Source: a virus (taxonomy: Duplodnaviria > Caudoviricetes). Taken from it: 63,106 nucleotides of DNA. The stretch covers positions 1-63,106 of the IMG/VR virus record IMGVR_UViG_3300024520_000071; one strand, 5' to 3'. How positions within the stretch are numbered: the first letter of the stretch is position 1; every line of letters begins with the position of its first letter. Positions 47,345-56,715 of the stretch are shown one piece after another. The notes under the pieces are model-generated. The model had not been told where the DNA came from. It did no database searches and worked only from the letters and a program-made list of their open reading frames with translations. A program made the position numbers and the translations under genes.

Positions 47345-47983
47345 TCAATTCAGGTCCATACACTTCTGACACAACCCCGGAGTAGCGATCGGCGCCTTGC
47401 AGTCCTGGCACTGGCAGTCTCGCTTTTTCTTTAGGGCCTCCGCAGACATATCGCCCATGTCCACCCTGTCGATGAATTCCATGGCCTCCTGGGTCTCTCC
47501 ACGGTCTGCTCGGCCAATGACGTCGTCGATGTTGTCCGCGGCCTCCTGGACCCTTACGTCGACTTCGCTGGTGACCATCTTTGTCTTCGGCCGGGCCCGG
47601 TGCAGCGTTACGACCATCGGGGGCGTGACCTCGTCAAACACGATGACCGCGGCGTGATCATCGATTATGGACCGGGCGACCAGTTCCTGCCTGACGCTAT
47701 AGTCGATCGGGATATCGATCGCTCCGAGCCATGCTTCTTCTGAGACCCAGGCGAATTCGACGCCGCCGTTGTGCTCTGCCGTGATGATTGCCGGCGCCGC
47801 GATGACCATGACGCCGTTGCCTTGCTCGAGAAAGGCTTTGTCTGCTTCCATCAAGAGCGCGGGTCTCTCAGCACCGAGCGTCCGCACTATGAGATCCTTC
47901 TGAACCTCCCCGTACTGTTCCGGGAATGAATTGCCGTTGGATGCGTCCTCGACGACCGTACTGCCTACTGTGAACTTGCCCAT
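47345..47983 (-). CDS. Hypothetical protein with C-terminal zinc finger
   Basis: GGAGG RBS; CQDC..LCQKC. Confidence 0.7.
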   Translation of the reverse strand: MGKFTVGSTVVEDASNGNSFPEQYGEVQKDLIVRTLGAERPALLMEADKAFLEQGNGVMVIAAPAIITAEHNGGVEFAWVSEEAWLGAIDIPIDYSVRQELVARSIIDDHAAVIVFDEVTPPMVVTLHRARPKTKMVTSEVDVRVQEAADNIDDVIGRADRGETQEAMEFIDRVDMGDMSAEALKKKRDCQCQDCKAPIATPGLCQKCMDLN

Positions 47984-47994
47984 GGTGTCCTCCC

Positions 47995-49626
47995 TTATGT
48001 TTTGATGCGTCCGCCGCTCTGGGTGATCGGGCGCCGGTTGATGATGGTTTGCTGTGGCCACATGAGAGCCAAGGTCTCGAATGCTTTCGCGCCATGGCTC
48101 GCCCAGTTGTGTTCCGGTGCGTTTTTGTGCTTCCCCCGTTTCTCATCCCACTCACGGCGATACTGCCGCAGAGACTTGATCCCGACTTCTTTACCGAGGA
48201 AGAAGGGGTTGCAGTGCTTCACGTCGAACCAGCACATCGGCAGTAGCTCCCGGACGGCGTTGATGCCTTCGGCTTGGTTCCCGATCGCCGGGCACACTTG
48301 GAACGATAGGCCCATTTGCCGGGCAGTGTCGCGGCGGGATATGCCTGTGCCCAATTCCCGGACCTCGATGTCATGCGGCCCTACGTGTCGACCGTAGATC
48401 CACTGGTGCTTTTTGGCGAGCTCGTCCAGCTTGTTGACGTAGTGGGCCAGGCCCTCGTTGCAGTCTTCGAGGTAGTAGATCAGGTGGATCTCGCGGCCGA
48501 CCGTCTGAGAGAACCAGATCGAGGTTGAGTCGTCCATGCCCAGATCCCACCACGTATCGACCTTGATCCCAGGATGCATCGGGATGTTGCAGATCCGATT
48601 CTCTGTGTCAATTGCCGCAAATTGAGTCGCGTAGTAGGCTCCGTCGACACTGGCCTTGAACGCCTCGTCCGGATCCGAGGGGTGCTCCTTGAACATCGAC
48701 TCTTTGTGGGTCTTCTCGGTGGCCACGTACCATGCCTTCTGCCCTTTGGTTAGTTCCGGCGGCTTGACGATCTCGTTGATGCCCCGGATGAATGGCTTGG
48801 AAGAGATCATGTCGAAGTAATCGTCCATCCGTTTGGGGATTTGGATCAGTTCTGCGTCAGCTTCGGTCAGTGTGTTGATTTCGTCTTCCCACCACGCGAA
48901 GAATACGAAGTACCATTCGATTGCAGCGAGATTGCGCCCGGTCCTGGCGACTTCCCGGGCTTCCTCGCAGATGTCAAAGAACTTTCCTTCCATGCCTTCT
49001 GCGGTACTCTCCATGATGATCTGGCCATTGAGGGCCACGGCCGGCAAGGATCCGTCGATGATTTCCTTCGCCACCTCCGGACGGATCGCGCTGATCTTCC
49101 CAAACTCGGAGATGTGTAGCCGGTCGAGGGACGTCGAACGCATCGTTGTGTCGACAAAGCACTGACTGTGATTGATGAATCTCTGAGATTCCTTGTTGTC
49201 CTCGATCCGGAACTTGGTTCGGCCGGGACCGAAATGCTGCCGCCACCGGTAGTTCAGGAAGCGGTGAACGATGCTGTCTTCCGGGTCGTTCCACTTCTCC
49301 TTGCCCATGGTTTCGTAGACCCAGGAGAATTTTGTGTCGAGCAGATCCTTGCCGTCATCCAGGTCATCCGCTACCAGACCGCATCGGACATTGCCTGCTG
49401 GTGTCCAGATACAGTCATCGAGCATGTCGATGAGGCCCCAGCTGCTAATCCCGTGCTGGCGGCTCTTGAGGACTACTTGTCGTGGATGGCGGTGTGTCGC
49501 CAAATACGCCTGACGAGAGTTCAGCGTAAAACGCATCGGATCCCCGCCCTTCTGCTGGATCCAGTAGAGGTTGTTCATCCTCCACATTTTGTCCGACAGT
49601 AGGCCCGCCAGCTTCTGTGCTGACAT
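47995..49626 (-). CDS. terL: Terminase large subunit
   Basis: VLKSRQHGISS (Walker A), LHISEFG (Walker B), MESTAEG, WDLGMDDST, PHD, P.HNWASHGA; start uncertain (ORF open to 49707). Confidence 0.95.
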   Translation of the reverse strand: MSAQKLAGLLSDKMWRMNNLYWIQQKGGDPMRFTLNSRQAYLATHRHPRQVVLKSRQHGISSWGLIDMLDDCIWTPAGNVRCGLVADDLDDGKDLLDTKFSWVYETMGKEKWNDPEDSIVHRFLNYRWRQHFGPGRTKFRIEDNKESQRFINHSQCFVDTTMRSTSLDRLHISEFGKISAIRPEVAKEIIDGSLPAVALNGQIIMESTAEGMEGKFFDICEEAREVARTGRNLAAIEWYFVFFAWWEDEINTLTEADAELIQIPKRMDDYFDMISSKPFIRGINEIVKPPELTKGQKAWYVATEKTHKESMFKEHPSDPDEAFKASVDGAYYATQFAAIDTENRICNIPMHPGIKVDTWWDLGMDDSTSIWFSQTVGREIHLIYYLEDCNEGLAHYVNKLDELAKKHQWIYGRHVGPHDIEVRELGTGISRRDTARQMGLSFQVCPAIGNQAEGINAVRELLPMCWFDVKHCNPFFLGKEVGIKSLRQYRREWDEKRGKHKNAPEHNWASHGAKAFETLALMWPQQTIINRRPITQSGGRIKT

Positions 49627-50212
49627 TGACGACATCGGTGCTTGCCGAGTCGGCATCGGTGGGGGAGATAATCCTGGCATCGTCATGTTGGTTAAAGGCG
49701 GCATCAACCTGCTGGAAGAAGATGTTGATTTGATTGCCCTCGTCGTCGTTGCCGTCGCCGGGGCGTTGTACCTTCATGAAGCGTTCTATGGCTGTCACCT
49801 TATCGTGCAACTTGACGTCTGTCAACGTGCCTTCCTTGTCACGGACGAGCTCCTTGATCACCGCGGTCCACTCATCTGGCCACTCCGATTGCGGTTTCAG
49901 CTGCCCGTCCTTGTAGAAGAGCGTGATGTCGGCCAGTCCGATCTTCATCAGATCGACCATCATCGCCGGTTCGGCCACGGGCAGGTATCCTTCGAATTCG
50001 GCCCGGTAGTGCTCCACGGCCCGGTCAATCGCCTCCTTGACTGCCGGGTTGTTCGAATACGCCTTCCTGCCTTGGAACGTCTGAGCGTATCCGGCTTCGG
50101 TCGCTCCTTCGCTTAGTGCCGTCCCCAGGGTCGCGCCAGCTGCCAGCTGCTTGATTGCGTGCTGGACGAGGGACAGCTGCTTCTTGGTCATGCGGGTGTC
50201 GTCTGTCATCAT
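49445..50212 (-). CDS. terS: Terminase small subunit
   Basis: A.EAGYA..P.VKEAID, LMKIGLADIT....G.LKP..EW, VKLHDK..A.E; directly upstream of terL. Confidence 0.85.
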   Translation of the reverse strand: MMTDDTRMTKKQLSLVQHAIKQLAAGATLGTALSEGATEAGYAQTFQGRKAYSNNPAVKEAIDRAVEHYRAEFEGYLPVAEPAMMVDLMKIGLADITLFYKDGQLKPQSEWPDEWTAVIKELVRDKEGTLTDVKLHDKVTAIERFMKVQRPGDGNDDEGNQINIFFQQVDAAFNQHDDARIISPTDADSASTDVVNVSTEAGGPTVGQNVEDEQPLLDPAEGRGSDAFYAELSSGVFGDTPPSTTSSPQEPPARD

Positions 50213-50508
50213 CCCCCCTCTTGCTTTGCCGCGTCAACCGCGGCGTTGACTGTTTCGCGTAGCTGATCGCTGATACTTACATGAAGTCGCACCATGCGCT
50301 GAATCTCGATCAAGTAATCGCGCATCGCCGCGATCCGCTTTTCGTGCGCAGACTTGAACTTCTTTAACCCGTCAAAGTCGCACTCCCTGCCGCCGCTGGC
50401 CGTCCAGCACTTCATGCAGTACAGCGTGCTGCAATAAACCCGCAGTTGTTTCGCTGGCAGGTTCGCGTCGTCCCCGCACTGGCAATCGTATAGGGGTTCG
50501 TGGCTCAC
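50209..50508 (-). CDS. Zinc-finger hypothetical protein (paralog of 57897-58214)
   Basis: HEPLY.CQC..PA..L....LYC.KCW. Confidence 0.65.
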   Translation of the reverse strand: MSHEPLYDCQCGDDANLPAKQLRVYCSTLYCMKCWTASGGRECDFDGLKKFKSAHEKRIAAMRDYLIEIQRMVRLHVSISDQLRETVNAAVDAAKQEGG

Positions 50509-51077
50509 GGTGAGTCCTCCTGGCGAACTGTCCGGAATTTCCGGATAGTTGCCTCCGCCTCAGTCGGCGGCTCGCGGCTCCACTCTGGCGCGGGTTCAGT
50601 TGTCAAGGATTCCTTTACGACTGGCGCGGGTTGCGTCGCCTCTGCCGCCCGATTCAACTCATCAATGCCAGTGCCGCCGTACTTTACTGGCTCTGCGGGT
50701 TGCGCATCGTCGTGCGGGAGCGGGATGTCCGCGGCGGGGGCGTCTCTGTATGCACAGGGAGCGCATGTCACTGCTCGCTTATCCCCAACGAATACGCGCT
50801 CACATTCTTGACAGATGCGCTGATATGGACCGCGTGCCCATCCTGCGCGATGCGGTCGCTTGTCGCGATAGCCGATAACGTCATCCTCTGTCGTCTCCCC
50901 CTGCGCGGCGTAGGCGTTCAGCGCGGCGGCGATGTATGCGCCGATATCGCTCGCTCTGCATTCCCCGTCTGGTACGTGGTATAACATGTCGCAGAGGTAA
51001 TTTCCGCTGGCATCGAATACCGTTGCAGGAACGGGGTCATAGCGAAACGGCGGCGTCAATCCTGCTGGTGCTTCCAT
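50505..51077 (-). CDS. Modular hypothetical protein
   Basis: GWARGPY...C..C...FVGDKRAVTCAPCA phage motif. Confidence 0.65.
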   Translation of the reverse strand: MEAPAGLTPPFRYDPVPATVFDASGNYLCDMLYHVPDGECRASDIGAYIAAALNAYAAQGETTEDDVIGYRDKRPHRAGWARGPYQRICQECERVFVGDKRAVTCAPCAYRDAPAADIPLPHDDAQPAEPVKYGGTGIDELNRAAEATQPAPVVKESLTTEPAPEWSREPPTEAEATIRKFRTVRQEDSP

Positions 51078-51078
51078 C

Positions 51079-51210
51079 CTACTGTCCTCCGCGTTTTGTG
51101 ATAAATGCGTGGATTATGATACAGGCCGATATCGTCAATGCGGCGAAAAACAGATCCATCGACAGCGCGTGAATGGCTGTCACGATTACCTCTGTTGCTT
51201 CTGTGATCAT
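51079..51210 (-). CDS. Small membrane peptide (43 aa)
   Basis: MITEATEV..LFFAALTISACIIIHAFI; GGAG RBS, ATGA overlap. Confidence 0.5.
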   Translation of the reverse strand: MITEATEVIVTAIHALSMDLFFAALTISACIIIHAFITKRGGQ

Positions 51211-51467
51211 GTCGATTCTCCGTTGTCGATCGTTCCGCGTGGCTTCACCGCCGTGCGTACCGTGATGTCCGGCTTCATCCGGCCCGTCACCTGGTCCAGC
51301 AAGTCCACGCGGATATGCTCGACGATGCCGAGCAACTCATAGATCGTGAATCCGCTGTTGTCGCGGCGATGGAATGTACTGCCATCGGCGTGCCTGATCC
51401 CCCTGATACTCCATCGCTTTTCTTCGACGACGTGCCCGTGTTTCTCGATTGCTTCTTCTTCGCTCAT
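51207..51467 (-). CDS. Hypothetical protein flanked by 31-bp direct repeats
   Basis: R.NSGF...ELLG..E motif; repeats at 51207-51237 and 51464-51494. Confidence 0.65.
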   Translation of the reverse strand: MSEEEAIEKHGHVVEEKRWSIRGIRHADGSTFHRRDNSGFTIYELLGIVEHIRVDLLDQVTGRMKPDITVRTAVKPRGTIDNGEST

Positions 51468-52522
51468 GTCGTGTCTCCGTTGTCGATCGTTCCGAGATAG
51501 TCCATGTCGAGTATGTCGGCGGCTCCCATGTTTACGGTGCCGGTCACTACAATGCGTTCCAAGGCAATCTCAAAAGCGACGCACGTTGCATAGCCACCAA
51601 AACCGTCATCGTGAATGGATGTCAGTAAATACACATAGCCGTTGCCCCTCCACCGCTGCCCGCTCTCAACGGTCGACGGCTTGGCGGACTCTTCGCAGCA
51701 CTTAGGGCAGCAGACGGGAGCACCGCACCGTGGGCAATCGTCTATCAGCGCCGTCGAACAAACATCGCATTGATCAACGGTCACCGGCTTGGCGGGTTCC
51801 GCGTGCCACCACGTAGTTGTCGGCATCCCGCAAAGATTGCAGCATTCGACCGCCGTTGTCCCTGTCCGGTCGGGGCATTTGCACGCGATCTCCTTTAGCC
51901 TGTCGCATTGTTCCTGTGGCGTCGGTTTGGCGGGCGGGTTCGCGGCGATAGCATCCATGACGCCATCAACCACTATGTCAATGTCAATGTCAATTAGCAG
52001 TTGGACGGGTGATAGCGCCACCGCTATCCGCTCCCGCAGCGCCTCCGGTGACGGGAACGCGGCGGGGTGCTGCTCATCATCCACGCCAACAGTAAAAAAG
52101 CACTCATCGCACTGCAATTCGTTATCCGTGCAAGCTGAACAGGGCGGGTTAATATGGCAAGAGCAATTTACGACGGGCGGCAGGATGATAGTCCCCTTGC
52201 ATCCGTTGCGGTTACAAGTGTCATCCTCTTCTATTCCAGCGGTGGGTAATTGCTGCGATTCGAGCGCGGCTATATTTAGTCGCAATTCGACTGCATATAC
52301 GCCAAGTTCCGCATTCTTGGATTCGAGCGCGGCTATGCGGTCGTCTCGCTTTTCGATCAGGCTATCAGCCACCGCATCCGCTTCGCGAGCGCATGCCATA
52401 TCAGCCTCAAGCGCGGCTATGCGGTCGATGGCTTCGTCGAGGAGGTTGCGCCAATCTGAATGTTGCAAGGTTAGTACCAATTCCTGACGCTTGCGTGCTG
52501 CCCTGTATTGGTCGAGTGTCAT
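51464..52522 (-). CDS. Mosaic multi-zinc-finger protein
   Basis: IAALE x3, CSCHINPPCSAC, several CxxC modules joined by PAKP linkers. Confidence 0.7.
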   Translation of the reverse strand: MTLDQYRAARKRQELVLTLQHSDWRNLLDEAIDRIAALEADMACAREADAVADSLIEKRDDRIAALESKNAELGVYAVELRLNIAALESQQLPTAGIEEDDTCNRNGCKGTIILPPVVNCSCHINPPCSACTDNELQCDECFFTVGVDDEQHPAAFPSPEALRERIAVALSPVQLLIDIDIDIVVDGVMDAIAANPPAKPTPQEQCDRLKEIACKCPDRTGTTAVECCNLCGMPTTTWWHAEPAKPVTVDQCDVCSTALIDDCPRCGAPVCCPKCCEESAKPSTVESGQRWRGNGYVYLLTSIHDDGFGGYATCVAFEIALERIVVTGTVNMGAADILDMDYLGTIDNGDTT

Positions 52523-53217
52523 AGCTGCCCCTTGGTTTCGCCGCGCCGATCGGGTCCATCGACCCCAACAACAAAGCACATTTCCTGTATCCTGGACACC
52601 ACCCTGGCGCCATACCGTGATTCGATCGAGTTCGCACCGGTCATCGGCAGATTGCTCGTGATCAGTAGCGGGCCTACCGCGGATCCCCGGCGACGGATCA
52701 GGTCCGACCGGATCATCACTGCCTCGTGGAACGCTTCGGTCTTGACCCCGTAGTCGCTGGCCAGTGGCTCCGTACCAACGTCGTCGATGTACAGAGCCTT
52801 GTAGGTGTACGTTGGGATGTCGTTGGTCATCTCGACGAGGCTCCGGCCGTGGATGAACTCACGGAACGTATCGTTGCTCTTCTTGAGTTTGCCCGGTAGC
52901 TCGTTCGCAGCAGTGTACCGACACATGCGAACCTTGGTGGCCAGCAGGTCCATCAGCACGGACTTACCGCACCCGACAGCGCCATGGAGGTACAATCCGG
53001 TCATATTGCCCTCTTGCCGGTGCCTGAACAGCCAACGCGCCCCGATCTCCACAAACTTGTCCACGGGCCACGTCAGGGCCTTGCTTTCGATCCATGCACG
53101 GTAATCTGACCTACTCCGCGAAATCGTCGCCGCCGGGGAGCCCGGTTCCTGCAACGGTGTCGAATAGAATGTTTCCTGCGCCATTTCCTGCGCCGCCTTG
53201 ATGATCCTTGTGTCCAT
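52519..53217 (-). CDS. DnaC/IstB-like AAA+ helicase loader
   Basis: GLYLHGAVGCGKS, LYIDDVGTE, LITSNL, RYGARVVSRIQEMC. Confidence 0.88.
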   Translation of the reverse strand: MDTRIIKAAQEMAQETFYSTPLQEPGSPAATISRSRSDYRAWIESKALTWPVDKFVEIGARWLFRHRQEGNMTGLYLHGAVGCGKSVLMDLLATKVRMCRYTAANELPGKLKKSNDTFREFIHGRSLVEMTNDIPTYTYKALYIDDVGTEPLASDYGVKTEAFHEAVMIRSDLIRRRGSAVGPLLITSNLPMTGANSIESRYGARVVSRIQEMCFVVGVDGPDRRGETKGQL

Positions 53218-53944
53218 TCGCTCCTTGATCCTGGGCTCTTCCGAGCCATCCTGTTATGAATCTCTTGACTCCTGCCGGGGTTTTCTTCTTCTGCGGGTTG
53301 CTCAGAACCCATTGACGCATCTTCCTGATCTCCTGCGCGATGTTGACGATGGGATACGATACCATCCATTCCTCGATCTCGCTGTCCAGTGCAAGATACA
53401 CACCGCCACCGGTCACCGGTATCGCCAGCGTCAACAAAGTCTCGTCCAACTCTTCGGTATCGGGGAGGTGTCCTGTCGGGATACTCCGGGGTGTATTCCC
53501 TTCCTTCCCTTCCTTGTCCTCCTTCCCTTCCCTTATATGCATACCTTCGGTCCCTGCGGTATCCTCGTGGTATCCTTCCGGTGTTTCGCCATGTTCCTCG
53601 ATCCACTCTATCCTCTTCTCAGTGCAGAGGTTAAACATAGTTTCGAAGTACTTTTTGGGGATGTCAGTCATCAATTGCAGGTCGTTTGCGGTCCATGGGT
53701 CGCCGGTTTCGGTCCCATCGTCGGTCAGCCAGCCGGATCTGACAGCTTTCGACTGCCTCGAACACCGCTGGACCGTCGAGATAAATGCCAGCAGCGCCTC
53801 GGGTCCGCCCTTCTTGCTGAGTAGCAGCCGATACGAGTGACCGTCCTGCTTGTTGGGGATCGCGACCCAGGACAATGCGTCGATCGATCGAGACTTTGCC
53901 GTTTCGAAGTGCTTCTGCCAATTGTGGATGCGGTAGGTGATCAT
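53111..53944 (-). CDS. Phage replication initiator protein
   Basis: YRIHNW..HFE N-terminus; C-terminal YP.VNI..E..KM..W...NP....T..G..RFI..WL.RAQ; upstream of DnaC-like gene. Confidence 0.75.
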   Translation of the reverse strand: MITYRIHNWQKHFETAKSRSIDALSWVAIPNKQDGHSYRLLLSKKGGPEALLAFISTVQRCSRQSKAVRSGWLTDDGTETGDPWTANDLQLMTDIPKKYFETMFNLCTEKRIEWIEEHGETPEGYHEDTAGTEGMHIREGKEDKEGKEGNTPRSIPTGHLPDTEELDETLLTLAIPVTGGGVYLALDSEIEEWMVSYPIVNIAQEIRKMRQWVLSNPQKKKTPAGVKRFITGWLGRAQDQGANGHKDHQGGAGNGAGNILFDTVAGTGLPGGDDFAE

Positions 53945-54228
53945 TCGACGACACCTCCGCCAAGAAAGTCGCCGACGCCCGGAACCTCGATGATCGAACT
54001 CATTCCGTGTTGCCGGGCCTTGATCGTCGTCATGCTCACATCCTCCTGACAGCACGATTCTGCGTCAGCGTGACTTGACCAGATCCGGCGACACTTCGCG
54101 CATCTGAACTTCGGCGCCTCTCTCCAATCTATCGGATCTTGTTTGGGGCAGCAGGAGCTCGCCGCTTCTTCCGTTGCGAAGTAGTAGTTGCATTCCGGGC
54201 ACGCCCAGTCCAGTGTGATTGGATTCAT
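53941..54228 (-). CDS. Double zinc-finger protein
   Basis: W.CPEC...F....AASSCC and F.CAKC...W....AESCC. Confidence 0.65.
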   Translation of the reverse strand: MNPITLDWACPECNYYFATEEAASSCCPKQDPIDWREAPKFRCAKCRRIWSSHADAESCCQEDVSMTTIKARQHGMSSIIEVPGVGDFLGGGVVE

Positions 54229-54521
54229 GTCACGTCCTTGTAAGCTGTGATCTCCACCCGCACCGGACGGACTTCCTTGCACTCGACTTCCTTGCCTGTC
54301 TCGATCTCATACTGGTACGGACTTTCGTCCTGGCTCTCCGTCGCGCCGTTCCGGAAGTAGGCCGTCCAGTACTTCGTTCCGTCCGTGAATATCATCGTAT
54401 GTTCCGACGACCACCGGCTCATGCCGTGGATCCACTCCTTGACCTTTCGCAACGCTTGCTTGTCGAGGTCGCTCTCGCCTTCCCACGCCAACTCACGCAG
54501 CACAATTGGATTGAACTTCAC
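54225..54521 (-). CDS. Hypothetical phage protein
   Basis: SRWS..H..IF......W...Y..GATESQDE.P.E motif; AAGGAGG RBS. Confidence 0.75.
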   Translation of the reverse strand: MKFNPIVLRELAWEGESDLDKQALRKVKEWIHGMSRWSSEHTMIFTDGTKYWTAYFRNGATESQDESPYQYEIETGKEVECKEVRPVRVEITAYKDVT

Positions 54522-54604
54522 TTTTGCCTCCCTTGGTTAATGGTTCTGAATCGGCAATCGGGAATCGGACCCGATCGAAGCAGCCAGCTGCCGATCACCG
54601 TCGC

Positions 54605-55087
54605 TTAGAACGGGATTTCGTCGATCTCTTCCTCCACTTGATCCTTCGGGAACGGCAACGTGCTCGGAGTCGCCGGCTTGTCGAGCGCGACCACGTCCGG
54701 ATCCGTGAACACTTCGGATTGCGGCGCTGGTTCGGAGAACTGCGACGGCGGTGCCTCCCCGCCTTGCTCGTCGAGCTCGATGCCCCAAGCCTTCAACGAA
54801 TTGAAGACACGGGCAGGATACTTGTCCGTCTTTTGGGACAGGCGACCGGTGACGTCGAACTTGACCGTGATGACGGAGCCGACGACGACATTGGCATCTT
54901 CGAGGAGATGCAGTTTGTCGTAGTTCTCGCCGCTCTTGGTCAGGTCGAACTCGATTTCCTCGGTCCAGTCCTTGTCCTCCTGAATCTTGTATTTCAGCCA
55001 GAAGCTACGTTTCTCGAACTTCCCGCCAAAGGTTTTGATGTCACCGATGTGCGTGACCGTTCCCGTGATTGCGTTGATTACCGGCAT
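54605..55087 (-). CDS. DUF3127-type single-stranded DNA-binding protein
   Basis: F.KR.F, I.F.L, V.F.V.GR, FNSLKAW.I, acidic tail DEIPF. Confidence 0.82.
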   Translation of the reverse strand: MPVINAITGTVTHIGDIKTFGGKFEKRSFWLKYKIQEDKDWTEEIEFDLTKSGENYDKLHLLEDANVVVGSVITVKFDVTGRLSQKTDKYPARVFNSLKAWGIELDEQGGEAPPSQFSEPAPQSEVFTDPDVVALDKPATPSTLPFPKDQVEEEIDEIPF

Positions 55088-55089
55088 GC

Positions 55090-55626
55090 TTACGGCACCT
55101 CCAATTCATCTGGCGGGATGGTCAGGTTCGGATCGGTGTCGGCCACATCGTCGAGCAGGTCCGCGGCAGGATCCGTGGGTTGCTCGTTGCCTTCCGTTGC
55201 CGATACGTCGAGCCCGGACGGGTAGACGACGCCGCACATGCCGCAGATGTAAGCAGCGAGCTCTTTCAGCGTGCCCTTGCAGATCTGGTTGCATTTCAGC
55301 TGCGCCGACCCCGGCTTGACGATCACGAACGTATTCAATTCGTAGCCGCCACCCTTTGACGGTGAGAATTGAACCGGTCGTGAGAGTTGTGCCTGGGCCT
55401 GTGCCGCCATGTTGCGGACGGCAGTGATGGTGAACTTCATGGTGTTCCTCTTTTGTGGTTGTGGTTGGGTGATTAGGGTCATGAAATGTTTGTGTATGGA
55501 GGTTGGAGCACCCCAACGCAGGTTCTTCATTCTCCACGCTTTGTTTTCGATAGCCTCCCTGCAAAGGTCATAGAAGATGCCTTCGTTACCCGAGGGCGTG
55601 ATTGGGATGACGATTCGGCCTTTCAT
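55090..55626 (-). CDS. Hypothetical protein (alternative start 55440)
   Basis: ORF; internal ATG at 55440 has a GAGG RBS. Confidence 0.55.
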   Translation of the reverse strand: MKGRIVIPITPSGNEGIFYDLCREAIENKAWRMKNLRWGAPTSIHKHFMTLITQPQPQKRNTMKFTITAVRNMAAQAQAQLSRPVQFSPSKGGGYELNTFVIVKPGSAQLKCNQICKGTLKELAAYICGMCGVVYPSGLDVSATEGNEQPTDPAADLLDDVADTDPNLTIPPDELEVP

Positions 55627-55635
55627 ATCAGTCGT

Positions 55636-56715
55636 TCAGTCATCCTTCCATGCGTCGTCGGTGTGAACGCCTTGCGGCCACGCTGGCCATTCGTTGAGGC
55701 GACGGCACCTTGCCATTTCCTCAAGACCGTCGTTGACCGCGTTGCGCCACTTGATGACTCGTCCCGGTGCTGGCTCGTGAACGACGACAGCATACGGCGG
55801 CGTCTTCTCGACCACGACCCACAAGTAGATGTAGTCGTCTTCGGCACCCACGCAATTGTCGATGGTGTTGGCCACGTCCGGATACATGCATGCCGCGTAG
55901 CCGTAGCCGTACTTCCTGACGTCCCGATACCAGTACCACGGCGTTGCCGACTGTGCCGTTTTCAGGTCAGGAATGATCCTGCGGGGAACGTCCGATCGTC
56001 CGTACGCCGAGCCCATGCCATGAAACCCGTTCGGATGACGACTGTCAGGACGGATCCGGCATTCGGTCAGGCCGAGCCGCGCGTAGCCGCTGACCTCGTT
56101 GATTCCGGTTGCCAGGAACTCCAAAGCACTGTGCCCGTCCCAGACCTCGTAGTTGGCCAGGGCCTTGCGCATGCCCTTGATGTGTTCGAGCTCAGATTCG
56201 GTGACCAGATACCAGTCGCCGATCGTATGCTGCCACGCCGTTGCCCGCTCCTTCTCTAACTCTTCCCACGGCAGGTCGAACAGCATGTCGTTCTCCATCA
56301 GCATCTCGCGCCACGGGTCCGTTGGTGCGTTCTCGACGCAATGAACGTGACAGTGCTTGTCGCCCTTGACGAAGTTCTCATTGCCCTTGACGATCATGAG
56401 ATCGCAGAACACGCAAGGGAATTCCTTCGATGCCGTCTTGGTCGTCATCCCGGTCCAGTCCGCCACGCGCCGCTTCGACGCCGGGGCCAGAAGGATGTTG
56501 TTGTCGAACTTCACCGGTTCGAGGATCGCCGCATGTGCCAGCGTCCCGACGTTGTGATGTTCTTTCGCCGCTTCCGGGTTGAGCTTCTTCTCCATGTAGT
56601 GCGCCGGAGTCGTGTCGATGAAATGCGCCATCTCCGACCGCGAGACCGCCTGCTCCCGGATGTCGCCGGGAGGATTCAGGTATTCCGCGAATGAGTCTTC
56701 AATCCACTGTCCCAT
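55636..56715 (-). CDS. RecE/ExoVIII-like PD-(D/E)XK exonuclease (DUF3799-like)
   Basis: S.S, GTLAHAAILEP, CRIRPD, DLKTA, YGY...A..Y, VVVEKTPPY, WP.W. Confidence 0.88.
   Translation of the reverse strand: MGQWIEDSFAEYLNPPGDIREQAVSRSEMAHFIDTTPAHYMEKKLNPEAAKEHHNVGTLAHAAILEPVKFDNNILLAPASKRRVADWTGMTTKTASKEFPCVFCDLMIVKGNENFVKGDKHCHVHCVENAPTDPWREMLMENDMLFDLPWEELEKERATAWQHTIGDWYLVTESELEHIKGMRKALANYEVWDGHSALEFLATGINEVSGYARLGLTECRIRPDSRHPNGFHGMGSAYGRSDVPRRIIPDLKTAQSATPWYWYRDVRKYGYGYAACMYPDVANTIDNCVGAEDDYIYLWVVVEKTPPYAVVVHEPAPGRVIKWRNAVNDGLEEMARCRRLNEWPAWPQGVHTDDAWKDD

Noticed and set aside
53499-53535. Iterons/origin within the replication initiator (CCTT repeats)
   Set aside because: Explained by the low-complexity EGKEDKEGKEG linker; an origin here is plausible but unsupported
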